Part shown: piece after piece, positions 1 through 7,325 of the stretch
How the letters are laid out: every line of letters starts with the position of its first letter
Position numbering within the stretch: the stretch's first letter is position 1
Origin: a virus
Taxonomy: Duplodnaviria > Caudoviricetes
Reading direction: 5' to 3' (one strand)
Virus record (IMG/VR): IMGVR_UViG_3300045242_000062
Location: 1-41,868 of that record
Length of the DNA: 41,868 bases
Notes under the pieces: generated by a model
What the model was told of the DNA's origin: nothing
Database searches by the model: none
The model's input: the letters and a program-made list of their open reading frames with translations, nothing else
Position numbers and translations under genes: made by a program

Positions 1-69
1 TTCTGTGACAAGGAGTCCACTCGTCAAGGTCATGCTTGCAGTGTGGGACAAAATGTCCCACTCTTGACA
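1..69. promoter_or_regulatory. cI/cro intergenic switch: operators and divergent promoters
   Basis: Palindrome GTGGGACA-AAA-TGTCCCAC at 43-61; related TGAC-N5-GTCC at 6-18; minus-strand TTGACG-N16-CAGAAT pointing at the cro-like gene; plus-strand TTGACA at 64-69. Confidence 0.65.
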
Positions 70-127
70 CCACAAATGGCAATCGGAATTAGCGGCCTTG
101 CCTCCTACACCATACGAGACGCAAAAG
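1..127. repeat. Exact terminal direct repeat (copy 1); indicates a circular assembly
   Basis: Bases 1-127 are identical to 41742-41868; 127 is a common assembler k-mer length. Confidence 0.95.
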
Positions 128-496
128 TAGGAAGCTCAGCGGATTGGCGAGCGAGTCCGGTGGGCACGCGAGTTGGTCAGCGAGACCGCGACCAATCTCG
201 CAGCATTCCTGGGCGTTGACACTTCCGCCATTCGCCACATCGAACGCGGCGCGCAGCTACCCTCGATCCATATGCTGATGTCACTTTGCCACGCACTACG
301 GATTTCGCCGCAATATCTGATGTGGGGTAGTCTCGAAGGCGTTGATCCAGAACTCGCAGCCCGACTGAAATCGGCACATCCGGAGCTAAGCTGGCCATCA
401 TCGCCGCCTGCTCCTGGCAATACGCGCAATTCCCTACGCGGCAACAACGCGAAGCCCAGGACACGGTCCCGGTATTACGGAGCCGGGGCGAGATAA
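98..496 (+). CDS. XRE-family HTH repressor (CI-like); in-frame TAG at 128-130 (ORF track starts it at 173)
   Basis: Frame reads IGERVRWARELVSETATNLAAFLGVDTSAIRHIERGAQLPSIHMLMSLCHALRISPQYLMWG, an HTH_3 pattern; divergent from a cro-like gene; helix 1 lies upstream of 173; start at TTG 98 is inferred. Confidence 0.75.
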
Positions 497-512
497 TCTC
501 CCCCCTTTTTTG

Positions 513-541
513 TTGACAAACAGGACTATCTGTCCTTACAT
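513..541 (+). promoter_or_regulatory. Sigma70-type early promoter with operator in the spacer
   Basis: TTGACA(513-518)-N17-TTACAT(536-541); spacer holds AGGAC-TATCT-GTCCT, the same GGAC-N5-GTCC core as 43-61. Confidence 0.75.
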
Positions 542-846
542 CCGGACCTGACACCCAGGCACCGGAGCACGGGACGTGCGTCATCTTTTCGGACTCCCCA
601 ACGACTTGGCTTTGCCCACGGCCGGCGGCAACCCACGCCCGGAGATCGGCGCCTGCGACGCAGGGTGTCTCGACTCTGATGCGTCATTTTACCGCAACGC
701 AAGCCAAATTCGTTCGGACAAAACCGGCATTCCCATACCGTTTGGTGATGATGCGCCGCATCAAGCGTTAATCCAGCGTGACAAGCCGCAGAATCCCGCC
801 ATCGTTGCCAAAGTAAACGCGCGTCAAAAAAGTTTTGGAGAGCCAT

Positions 847-1038
847 ATGCCTCGCACACCCCCAACCAGGCGGGGCGTGCCCTACCAGGACGCGATCGAT
901 GCTCTGCACCGGATAAACTTGATGCTTATCAAAATATCAGCCATGCCACGGCTGCCGGGGGCGGCAAGAGCGGAACTACAGGAAGCGATGGTGTTCCTCG
1001 CACTGCTCTTGGCCTCGGACAACGGCCGCAGTCGCTAG
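847..1038 (+). CDS. Hypothetical early protein
   Basis: GGAGAG RBS before ATG 847; 63-aa helical ORF. Confidence 0.55.
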   Translation: MPRTPPTRRGVPYQDAIDALHRINLMLIKISAMPRLPGAARAELQEAMVFLALLLASDNGRSR

Positions 1039-1116
1039 CCGACGCCCCACAACTCATTCCGCCGCCGCGGTTTCCCGTGCCGCTCCCGCCCGGCTACCTG
1101 CCAGGAGTGGTCTAGG

Positions 1117-1308
1117 ATGCGCGCGCAATTACTCCGCGACATGCTCGCCGCCATCGAGGAGCATCGCCACGCCACCGGCGCTGACCGCGACTACTGGCGC
1201 GGCATCGCGCTCGACCAGATCCGCGAGTTCCGCCGCCGCTACCTCCGGCCGGAAAGGCTGGCATTCGAGGCGGCGATCGCACGCAACCAAGTCAGGAGGG
1301 CAGCATGA
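1117..1308 (+). CDS. Hypothetical protein
   Basis: High GC3; ATGA coupling to next gene. Confidence 0.7.
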   Translation: MRAQLLRDMLAAIEEHRHATGADRDYWRGIALDQIREFRRRYLRPERLAFEAAIARNQVRRAA

Positions 1309-1538
1309 TCGATGCCGCGAGGATCGTAGCCGAGCTACGCGCGCAGGAGTTGCTGACCGCACTCCAGGCCGCCGTGAACGGCGACAGCCACTGGCGCCAC
1401 CGTGCGAGCGCGCTGCTGCGCTCGATCGCCGACCTGGAACTGCCCGAGCAGGTGACCGACGCAATGCGCGCGATCGACGCTCGCCAGCGCGCCGCCGAGG
1501 TGATGCAGGATGTCATGTGGAGCGACTGTAGTGGCTGA
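1305..1538 (+). CDS. Hypothetical protein
   Basis: AGGAGG RBS; coupled start. Confidence 0.7.
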   Translation: MIDAARIVAELRAQELLTALQAAVNGDSHWRHRASALLRSIADLELPEQVTDAMRAIDARQRAAEVMQDVMWSDCSG

Positions 1539-1995
1539 CATATCCCCGTACAAGCTCGAACGCGCCATGGCTGCCGTATCGCGCCTCAAGGCCGAGTTGG
1601 CCGAGCAGGACGCCGACATGATCCTGGCCAGCATCGAGAGCGAAACCAATGCGCTGGAGATGATGGACAAGGTGCTTGAGGCGGTCGTTGCCGACGAACT
1701 GCTGGTTGAGCAGGGATCTGCGCGGCTGAAACGCATCGAGGCCCGCGCCAATCGGCACCGCCTGATCCTGCGCGCGATGATGGAAGAAATCGCCGAGAAG
1801 GTCGAGCGGCCGCTTGGCACGCTGTCGATCAGCTATCGCACGAAGCCCATCGTGACGGACGCCAGCCTATTGCCCACGACGTTGCTGCGCACCGCCCCCG
1901 ACATGCAGGCCATCGCCAAGGCGCTGAAGGTCGGCCCGGTGGCTGGCATTGAGGCGTCGAACCCGGCGCCGGTGCTCACTCTGAGGATAAGCTGA
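1531..1995 (+). CDS. Siphovirus Gp157-like protein
   Basis: Coiled-coil N-terminus (SIESETNALEMMDKVL), C-terminal APDMQAIAKALKVGPVAG...LTLR; adjacent to annealase. Confidence 0.7.
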   Translation: MADISPYKLERAMAAVSRLKAELAEQDADMILASIESETNALEMMDKVLEAVVADELLVEQGSARLKRIEARANRHRLILRAMMEEIAEKVERPLGTLSISYRTKPIVTDASLLPTTLLRTAPDMQAIAKALKVGPVAGIEASNPAPVLTLRIS

Positions 1996-2921
1996 TGAAC
2001 GCTCTCACCACCCAGATGCCGCTCGCCTATGGCGACATTGAACGCCTCGCCAGCAGCATCGCACAGAGCGGGCTGTTCGGCATCAAGACCAAAGACCAGG
2101 CCATCGTCCTGATGATGATCGCTCATGCCGAGGGCCGGCATCCGGCCCTGGCAGCGCGTGATTACGATATCATCAACGGCCGCCCCGCGAAGAAGGCCGA
2201 GGCTATGATGCGCGACTTTCTGGAAGCCGGCGGCAAGGTCGAGTGGCACCAGCTATCGGACACCATCGCCGATGCGACATTCACCCACCCACAGACCGGC
2301 TCGGTGCGCATCGACTGGGACATGGAGCGGGCCAGGACCGCGTTCGGAACCAAGGATATGTACAAGAAGTTCCCGCGCCAGATGTTGCGAAGCCGGGTGA
2401 TATCCGAGGGCGTCAGAACACTCTGGCCGCTCGCCACCAGCGGGTTCTACGAACCTGGCGAGGCTGCCGATATCCCCGCCAAGGATGAGCACAACGGCCC
2501 GACGATCGAGCCGGACACCCGTGACACGCTGAACGCCGAGGTGCCATTGAAAGCTGTGGCATCTACCACGCCGCGCGCCCCAGTCAAGCGAGCCCCGCGC
2601 GCCCCAGTCAAGCGAGCCCCGGTGGACGCCAGCGATGCCTACCAAGCGCCGCCGGAGCCACCGCCCACGGGTCGCCGCACGGCCGGTCAGTTGCTGGACG
2701 GCATCGAAATCGCGCTTCGTGATGCAACCAGCCGCGTCGAGGTCGATCGCATCCTCGATGTCGAGGAGGTGTTCAGGCTGCGCGAGCACTTTGCGGATGA
2801 CACCCCCGCTATCCTGCGCCTGAACGCCATGCGTGATGCTGCCCTGGAGCGTCACCCACCATTGTCCCGCGAGGACGACGGCACCGAGGCGCACGAGCCG
2901 GCGACGGAGGGTGTGGCGTGA
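1995..2921 (+). CDS. RecT/Red-beta-like single-strand annealing protein
   Basis: Motifs IINGRPAKKAEAM, YKKFPRQMLRSRVISEGVR and GFYEPGE, followed by a Pro-rich linker and a C-terminal domain. Confidence 0.7.
   Translation: MNALTTQMPLAYGDIERLASSIAQSGLFGIKTKDQAIVLMMIAHAEGRHPALAARDYDIINGRPAKKAEAMMRDFLEAGGKVEWHQLSDTIADATFTHPQTGSVRIDWDMERARTAFGTKDMYKKFPRQMLRSRVISEGVRTLWPLATSGFYEPGEAADIPAKDEHNGPTIEPDTRDTLNAEVPLKAVASTTPRAPVKRAPRAPVKRAPVDASDAYQAPPEPPPTGRRTAGQLLDGIEIALRDATSRVEVDRILDVEEVFRLREHFADDTPAILRLNAMRDAALERHPPLSREDDGTEAHEPATEGVA
2571..2620 (+). repeat. 24-bp perfect tandem duplication (PRAPVKRA x2) in the annealase linker
   Basis: ccgcgcgccccagtcaagcgagcc occurs twice in tandem. Confidence 0.9.
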
Positions 2922-3139
2922 AAGCATCAATCATTGTCGCCAGCACCTTAACCGCCATTCTGGTGCTACCTCAGTTGGTGTTCGTCACACTCACAGGGGC
3001 GGAGGCTATCGTCGCGACGATTCACTCGTTCTGTGCCGCCTTTCTGGTGATGATCTTTGCACCACAACTTGCGCAATTCGTGCCTCACGGGGTGCCGTCA
3101 GGCGGCGGGAATGATCCTTTGGACAGGCTGATGCGATGA
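2918..3139 (+). CDS. Small membrane protein (2 predicted TM helices)
   Basis: GGAGG RBS, GTGA coupling, two hydrophobic segments. Confidence 0.6.
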   Translation: MKASIIVASTLTAILVLPQLVFVTLTGAEAIVATIHSFCAAFLVMIFAPQLAQFVPHGVPSGGGNDPLDRLMR

Positions 3140-3447
3140 ACTGGAACATGGCCGTTTGGCTATCGTGTGGCGGCCTGATGCTCGCAGTTGTCGCCGGCAT
3201 GTCAGCGCTGATTGCGTGGGTCATCCGGGGCGGCAATGTCTATACGATCCGTCCGAGATTTGGATCCATGAGCCTGTGGTGGTGTGACGACTGCAAGATC
3301 GCCTATGCCCCAGGCCCGTCCTGCCCACGCTGCGGCAAGGGTGGTATCTGGCAACGCTGGCTTATGGACGTTTGCAGAGGTGGCCGATGGACCAGAAATC
3401 GTTGCATGACAGGTTGCTACCCGCTGCCCGAAATGATGTGTTTGTAG
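3136..3447 (+). CDS. Hypothetical protein: TM helix plus CxxC-CxxC Zn ribbon
   Basis: ATGA coupling; WCDDC...CPRCG motif; the 3' end overlaps the next gene and is uncertain. Confidence 0.5.
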   Translation: MNWNMAVWLSCGGLMLAVVAGMSALIAWVIRGGNVYTIRPRFGSMSLWWCDDCKIAYAPGPSCPRCGKGGIWQRWLMDVCRGGRWTRNRCMTGCYPLPEMMCL

Positions 3448-3572
3448 CAATTCAAGCTGCGATGCTCGCCGTCACGAATGGCGATCCTGCGGCGACTAAG
3501 CAGTGCCTGGAAATTGCTCTAAGTGAACTGAAAAGCTGGCAGACTGCCCGCACCGTGCCGCCGGTCAGGTGA
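3387..3572 (+). CDS. Hypothetical protein
   Basis: GAGG RBS; coupled to next gene (TGATG). Confidence 0.6.
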   Translation: MDQKSLHDRLLPAARNDVFVAIQAAMLAVTNGDPAATKQCLEIALSELKSWQTARTVPPVR

Positions 3573-4183
3573 TGATCGCTGCGCTCTATGTTGAAGCGGA
3601 CGGTGTATATGCGGGGCTTCCCGGCGTCGATCTCTGGGATAAGGTACGCGATGCGCGAACCTATGCCGGGCCGCATTCCGTCGTGGCGCATCCGCCATGC
3701 CAGAGGTGGTGCAGATTGGCTCCGGTCAATCTAGCTCGATACGGCCAAGCGATCGGCGATGATGCCGGTTGCTTCACAGCGGCACTAGCATCGGTGCGCC
3801 GCTGGGGCGGTGTGTTGGAACATCCGGCATACAGCCGCGCGTGGCTCGCGCATCATATACCATGGCCTGGGGAAGCCGGGGGCTGGCAACGTGATGCCGA
3901 TGGCGGTTGGTGTTGCTACGTCGAGCAGATCAGTTATGGCCACCAGGCGCGCAAACCAACGTGGCTTTATGCCGTTGGCGTCGATCTACCAGAACTCAGA
4001 TGGGGACGTGGGTCGGACCCAGCGGCGTGGATAGGAACGAGCCAAGCCAGGAATAGAGCAGCGCTCGGCGTGCGCGGGATAGCACAACTTAGCGGACGCG
4101 CATCTAGCGAGACGCCGCTGGAGTTCCGCGATCTGCTGATCTCGATCGCCGCGACGGCGCAGCGGCAGGCGGTTGCAGCATGA
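3572..4183 (+). CDS. Short DNA cytosine-C5 methyltransferase-like protein
   Basis: VVAHPPCQ (motif IV-like), GVLEHP (motif VI-like), YGHQARKPTWLY (motif VIII-like); canonical motif I not evident. Confidence 0.6.
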   Translation: MIAALYVEADGVYAGLPGVDLWDKVRDARTYAGPHSVVAHPPCQRWCRLAPVNLARYGQAIGDDAGCFTAALASVRRWGGVLEHPAYSRAWLAHHIPWPGEAGGWQRDADGGWCCYVEQISYGHQARKPTWLYAVGVDLPELRWGRGSDPAAWIGTSQARNRAALGVRGIAQLSGRASSETPLEFRDLLISIAATAQRQAVAA

Positions 4184-4334
4184 GCCGCATCGCCACCCTA
4201 GCCGGACCTGGCACGCCGCGGTCGCCGGACTCCCACATCTGCACCGTGCGCAGCGTGCATTCCAGCGCGTCGGCGAACTGCTGGCGCGTCATGCCGAGCC
4301 GTTCGCGCGCCGCCGCCACATCAGCGGGCGACAC
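4104..4334 (-). CDS. XRE-family HTH regulator
   Basis: SPADVAAARERLGMTRQQFADALECTLRTVQMWESGDRGVPGP. Confidence 0.8.
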   Translation of the reverse strand: MSPADVAAARERLGMTRQQFADALECTLRTVQMWESGDRGVPGPARVAMRLMLQPPAAAPSRRSRSADRGTPAASR

Positions 4335-4524
4335 GACGACGCTTCGGCGTGTGGGTGGCAACGACCATGCCGTCGAGCAGGATGCGGTGGGCGTGGTCGC
4401 TATAGGCGTAGAGGCTGATCTGCGCCGCTGCCTGCTCGGTCGTGGCCGTCACGGCGCCCTCGGAGCGAAGCTCCCAGCCAGCGCCCCGGTCCATCTCGAT
4501 CCGCATGGTGTGGGTGTTTTCCAT
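4321..4524 (-). CDS. Small hypothetical protein co-transcribed with the HTH gene
   Basis: ATG 6 nt after a -10 box; overlaps the HTH start. Confidence 0.65.
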   Translation of the reverse strand: MENTHTMRIEMDRGAGWELRSEGAVTATTEQAAAQISLYAYSDHAHRILLDGMVVATHTPKRRRVAR

Positions 4525-4530
4525 ACCCAC

Positions 4531-4571
4531 CTTATAGCGAATAATGTTCGTGGGTGCAAGAACAATGTTCG
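4531..4571 (-). promoter_or_regulatory. Promoter TTGCAC-N17-TATAAG with two palindromic operators
   Basis: -35 at 4554-4559, -10 at 4531-4536; CGAATAATGTTCG (4538-4550) and AGAACAATGTTCG (4559-4571). Confidence 0.7.
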
Positions 4572-4781
4572 CGCGCTAGCGGATATACAGAATGCTAAAG
4601 TCCCCGTAAACGCTGGTATGCAGAAGTTGGTTACATTCGCGGACGGCACGAAAAGCCTCTGGCGCAGCGGTATCCGTGATGCCGCCGATGCCGAAACCGG
4701 GCGGCACAGCGAGCGCCGCATTGCTTACCGCGCGTTATGGATTAGTGCCACAATTTGCTGCCACAATGGTATAACCCTCTG

Positions 4782-5636
4782 ATGGACAGAGATAAATCTG
4801 AGCCATTCCACATTGAAGGCCCGGCCATCGTCAGCTTCAGCGGCGGCCGGACCTCTGGCTACATGCTATGGCGCATTCTGCAGGCACACGACGGCACGCT
4901 GCCTGAGGGCGTGACCGTATGCTTCGCCAACACCGGCCGCGAGATGCCGGCCACGCTCGACTTCGTGCGGGACTGCGCGGCGCAATGGAGCGTGCCGATC
5001 CGCTGGCTGGAATACCGATGGGAGCCGGGCCGGCATAGCTACGCCGAAGTTTCGCACAACAGCGCCAGCCGGGACGGCGAACCCTTCGAGCAACTGTTAA
5101 CGGCACGGCCGGCGCTGCCCAACCCCGTGCAGCGGTCATGCACAGCCGAGCTAAAGATCAGAACCATGAAGCGGCTTGTGCAGGCCGAGTTCCACTGGGA
5201 GCACTGGACGAATATCGTCGGACTCCGCGCCGACGAAGCTGGCCGGGTGTTCCGCGCCACGCGCGACACGAAGGACCGCTGGACCGTCATCTGTCCGCTG
5301 CATACCGCTGGCGTGGTGCATGACGACGTGATGCAGTTCTGGAAGCGGCAACCCTTCGATCTGAGGTTGGCCGGCCCGTGGGAGGGCAACTGCGACGGCT
5401 GCTTCCTGAAAAGCCGTGGCGCTGTCACCCGCATGCTCGAAGATCACCCGGCCCGCATGGCGTGGTGGCGACGCATGGAGGCGATGCCGAGAGGCGGTCC
5501 TGGCGTCAATCGGCTGTTCCGGTCTGACCGGGAAAGCTATGCGCAACTGACTGAGATCGTCGCGCGCCAGGGAAAGCTGCCGTTCAACGTGTTCGAGCCA
5601 GAACCCGGCTGCACGGAATGGGCATGCACCGACTGA
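4782..5636 (+). CDS. Phosphoadenosine phosphosulfate (PAPS) reductase family protein
   Basis: PP-loop VSFSGGRTSG, FANTGRE, CTAELKI, VGLRADE, GNCDGCFLK. Confidence 0.85.
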   Translation: MDRDKSEPFHIEGPAIVSFSGGRTSGYMLWRILQAHDGTLPEGVTVCFANTGREMPATLDFVRDCAAQWSVPIRWLEYRWEPGRHSYAEVSHNSASRDGEPFEQLLTARPALPNPVQRSCTAELKIRTMKRLVQAEFHWEHWTNIVGLRADEAGRVFRATRDTKDRWTVICPLHTAGVVHDDVMQFWKRQPFDLRLAGPWEGNCDGCFLKSRGAVTRMLEDHPARMAWWRRMEAMPRGGPGVNRLFRSDRESYAQLTEIVARQGKLPFNVFEPEPGCTEWACTD

Positions 5637-5729
5637 GCGATCTGTCAACGGCAGGTAAGACGTTGAGAACGCCCAATACACAGTTGGGTAACGAGCAGAT
5701 TAGCAAACCCTCGTTTGCAGGAGTGGCCG

Positions 5730-5897
5730 ATGTCAACCCGCTATAACGTCGTGGTTGAACGCGAGGAATACGACGAGGCCACCGGCAAGGTGACCGGGCG
5801 TGCCGAATACCGCATCGACGCCTATGGCCTGCTCCAAGAGGCGTGGGACGCCGTGCAGGAACAGGTCGAAAAGTTAGGCTGGTTCGATGACAGATGA
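5730..5897 (+). CDS. Small acidic hypothetical protein
   Basis: AGGAG RBS before ATG 5730. Confidence 0.7.
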   Translation: MSTRYNVVVEREEYDEATGKVTGRAEYRIDAYGLLQEAWDAVQEQVEKLGWFDDR

Positions 5898-5933
5898 GCT
5901 ACATCCGATAATCGACGTTGTGAAAGGTAGCCG

Positions 5934-6164
5934 ATGACCGAGCCGCGCGTCGGGGACATGTTAGACTGGCGGATGCACGCTCTCGCCGCCGCTGTATGCG
6001 CCTTCGCTGCGGTCGCGGATGTGGCTGTGGGCTATCCGTGGATCGCCCTGATCCCGGCCCTCGCCGCAGGCTCGTGCTCTATGACCGCCGTTGATTGCTG
6101 GTATCGCCGAAAGTCTTTCGGCTACGGCTACCGATGCCGACCTACCATCGACAAGACCAGTTAG
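5934..6164 (+). CDS. Small membrane protein
   Basis: Two hydrophobic helices; AAAGG upstream. Confidence 0.6.
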   Translation: MTEPRVGDMLDWRMHALAAAVCAFAAVADVAVGYPWIALIPALAAGSCSMTAVDCWYRRKSFGYGYRCRPTIDKTS

Positions 6165-6176
6165 CGGAGGAACCTG

Positions 6177-6296
6177 ATGGCGCTTGCTCTCTGCCTCGCC
6201 GTCCTCGGTGCTGGCGGTGCCATGCTGGCCGCGCTGGTGCTGATCCACATCGCGTCCCAAAACGCACTTAGCGGACGGAATGACGCAGACGTGTGA
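6177..6296 (+). CDS. 39-aa single-TM peptide (MALALCLAVLGAGGAMLAALVLIHIASQNALSGRNDADV)
   Basis: GGAGG RBS 6 nt before ATG; hand-translated, below the ORF-track cutoff. Confidence 0.55.
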   Translation: MALALCLAVLGAGGAMLAALVLIHIASQNALSGRNDADV

Positions 6297-6364
6297 CACG
6301 ACTGAATCACGACTGAATCTGCTTACCACGCCTTTGTAGGAGCCGCCTTATTTACCCCGAGGCC

Positions 6365-6399
6365 AAAGAAAAGGCCCCGGCTTTGGGGGCGCCGGGGCC
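6365..6399 (-). terminator. Rho-independent terminator of the leftward late transcript
   Basis: GGCCCCGGC/GCCGGGGCC stem (6373-6399) followed on the minus strand by TTTTCTTT. Confidence 0.85.
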
Positions 6400-6458
6400 G
6401 AGGAAGGTTCGAACGGAGTGAAAGTCTGTGCCGCACTATGCCATGGCGGCAGCGCGCC

Positions 6459-7103
6459 TCATAGGGTTTTGCGACGCACCAGACCAAGGCCGAGCAGCCC
6501 GACGCCGAGCGCCGCCATGCTCACCGGCTCCGGCACCGCGGTGGCCGAGAAATCGCCCGAGACGGAAGCGCCGAAGCTGGCCAGGGTATCCCCGTCGATG
6601 CCAATGGCCGGCGACACGTTGGCGAAGGAGAGGGATACCGCGCGCGGCAGCGCCAGGACGTTGATCACATCGGACGTGAATGAGATGCTATCCGGCGGCG
6701 CGCCAGAGGACAGGACCGCCGAGGCGCCGGTCCCCAGCACCACGTCGGAGAAAGTGCCGCTCAGGAAGTTCGTTCCCGTTCCCCCGGCCCCCGAGGTCAG
6801 CGAGAAGCTGCCGGCGTAGTGCTGGAACCCGCCGGCGCCGAGCGGCGTCACCGCGTCCGTGGACGTGATGTTGAGGTCGAAGTCCGCCGAGGTCGGTGCA
6901 CCGCCGAGGATCTGCGTAATGCTGACCGGGACATCGGCAGCGGTGATCGTCGTCGCAGTGCCGCCGGCGTTCGCAGTCGCCGTGATGGTATTGCCGGCAC
7001 CGATTTGGCCGAAGGTCAGGATGACGGCGCCCTGTGCAGGCAGGGCGAGCAGGGCAGCAGCAGAGGCAGCGAGCAGGGCGCGCAGCATGGTGGGCTCTTT
7101 CAT
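6459..7103 (-). CDS. PEP-CTERM sorting-domain surface protein
   Basis: Signal peptide MLRALLAASAAALLALPAQG; Ser/Thr/Gly-rich body; C-terminal VPEPVSMAALGVGLLGLGLVRRK. Confidence 0.9.
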   Translation of the reverse strand: MKEPTMLRALLAASAAALLALPAQGAVILTFGQIGAGNTITATANAGGTATTITAADVPVSITQILGGAPTSADFDLNITSTDAVTPLGAGGFQHYAGSFSLTSGAGGTGTNFLSGTFSDVVLGTGASAVLSSGAPPDSISFTSDVINVLALPRAVSLSFANVSPAIGIDGDTLASFGASVSGDFSATAVPEPVSMAALGVGLLGLGLVRRKTL

Positions 7104-7126
7104 ATTGGAGGGGCAGGCACGGCTCG

Positions 7127-7324
7127 TCAGGGCTTAACCAGGCAGCCCTCCACGATTCTTGTCAGCAATACGTTTCTGTTTTCTGCCGCGTGATCAAAGA
7201 TCCACGCGATCACCCCGATGAACATGATATTGACCAGCAGCAGGGCGATGAAGGCAGGCGGCAACACGCGCAGCAGCTTCTCGCTGACCGACAGCAGAAC
7301 GCCACTACGCTGCTCGTCTGTCAT
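7127..7324 (-). CDS. Small membrane protein, holin candidate
   Basis: 65 aa with one strong TM helix (FIALLLVNIMFIGVIAWIF) at the end of the late operon; holin role is inference. Confidence 0.55.
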   Translation of the reverse strand: MTDEQRSGVLLSVSEKLLRVLPPAFIALLLVNIMFIGVIAWIFDHAAENRNVLLTRIVEGCLVKP

Positions 7325-7325
7325 C

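Noticed and set aside
74-97. AAATGGCAA TCGGAA TTAGCGGCC as another dif-like site
   Set aside because: Fits AA-N6-TTAGCGG but the left arm is poor and it overlaps a promoter region; not counted
1-127. Terminal repeat as a biological direct terminal repeat
   Set aside because: Length equals a standard assembler k-mer and it cuts through the cI/cro region; best read as circular overlap
128-130. Genome-wide TAG recoding to explain the stop in the repressor
   Set aside because: Other genes end at TAG at sensible boundaries (e.g. 25428, 20701, 16588) and long genes have no internal TAG
576-1115. 179-aa plus-strand ORF
   Set aside because: No recognisable motif and it overlaps the better-supported 847-1038 gene; 545-840 left unannotated
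4072-4099. TTAGCGGACG matching the right arm at 6268
   Set aside because: Inside a coding region with a poor left arm; may be chance or a relic
5638-6343. Integron attC sites or a CRISPR array
   Set aside because: No long RYYYAAC...GTTRRRY hairpins, no identical repeats with regular spacers, and no intI or cas genes
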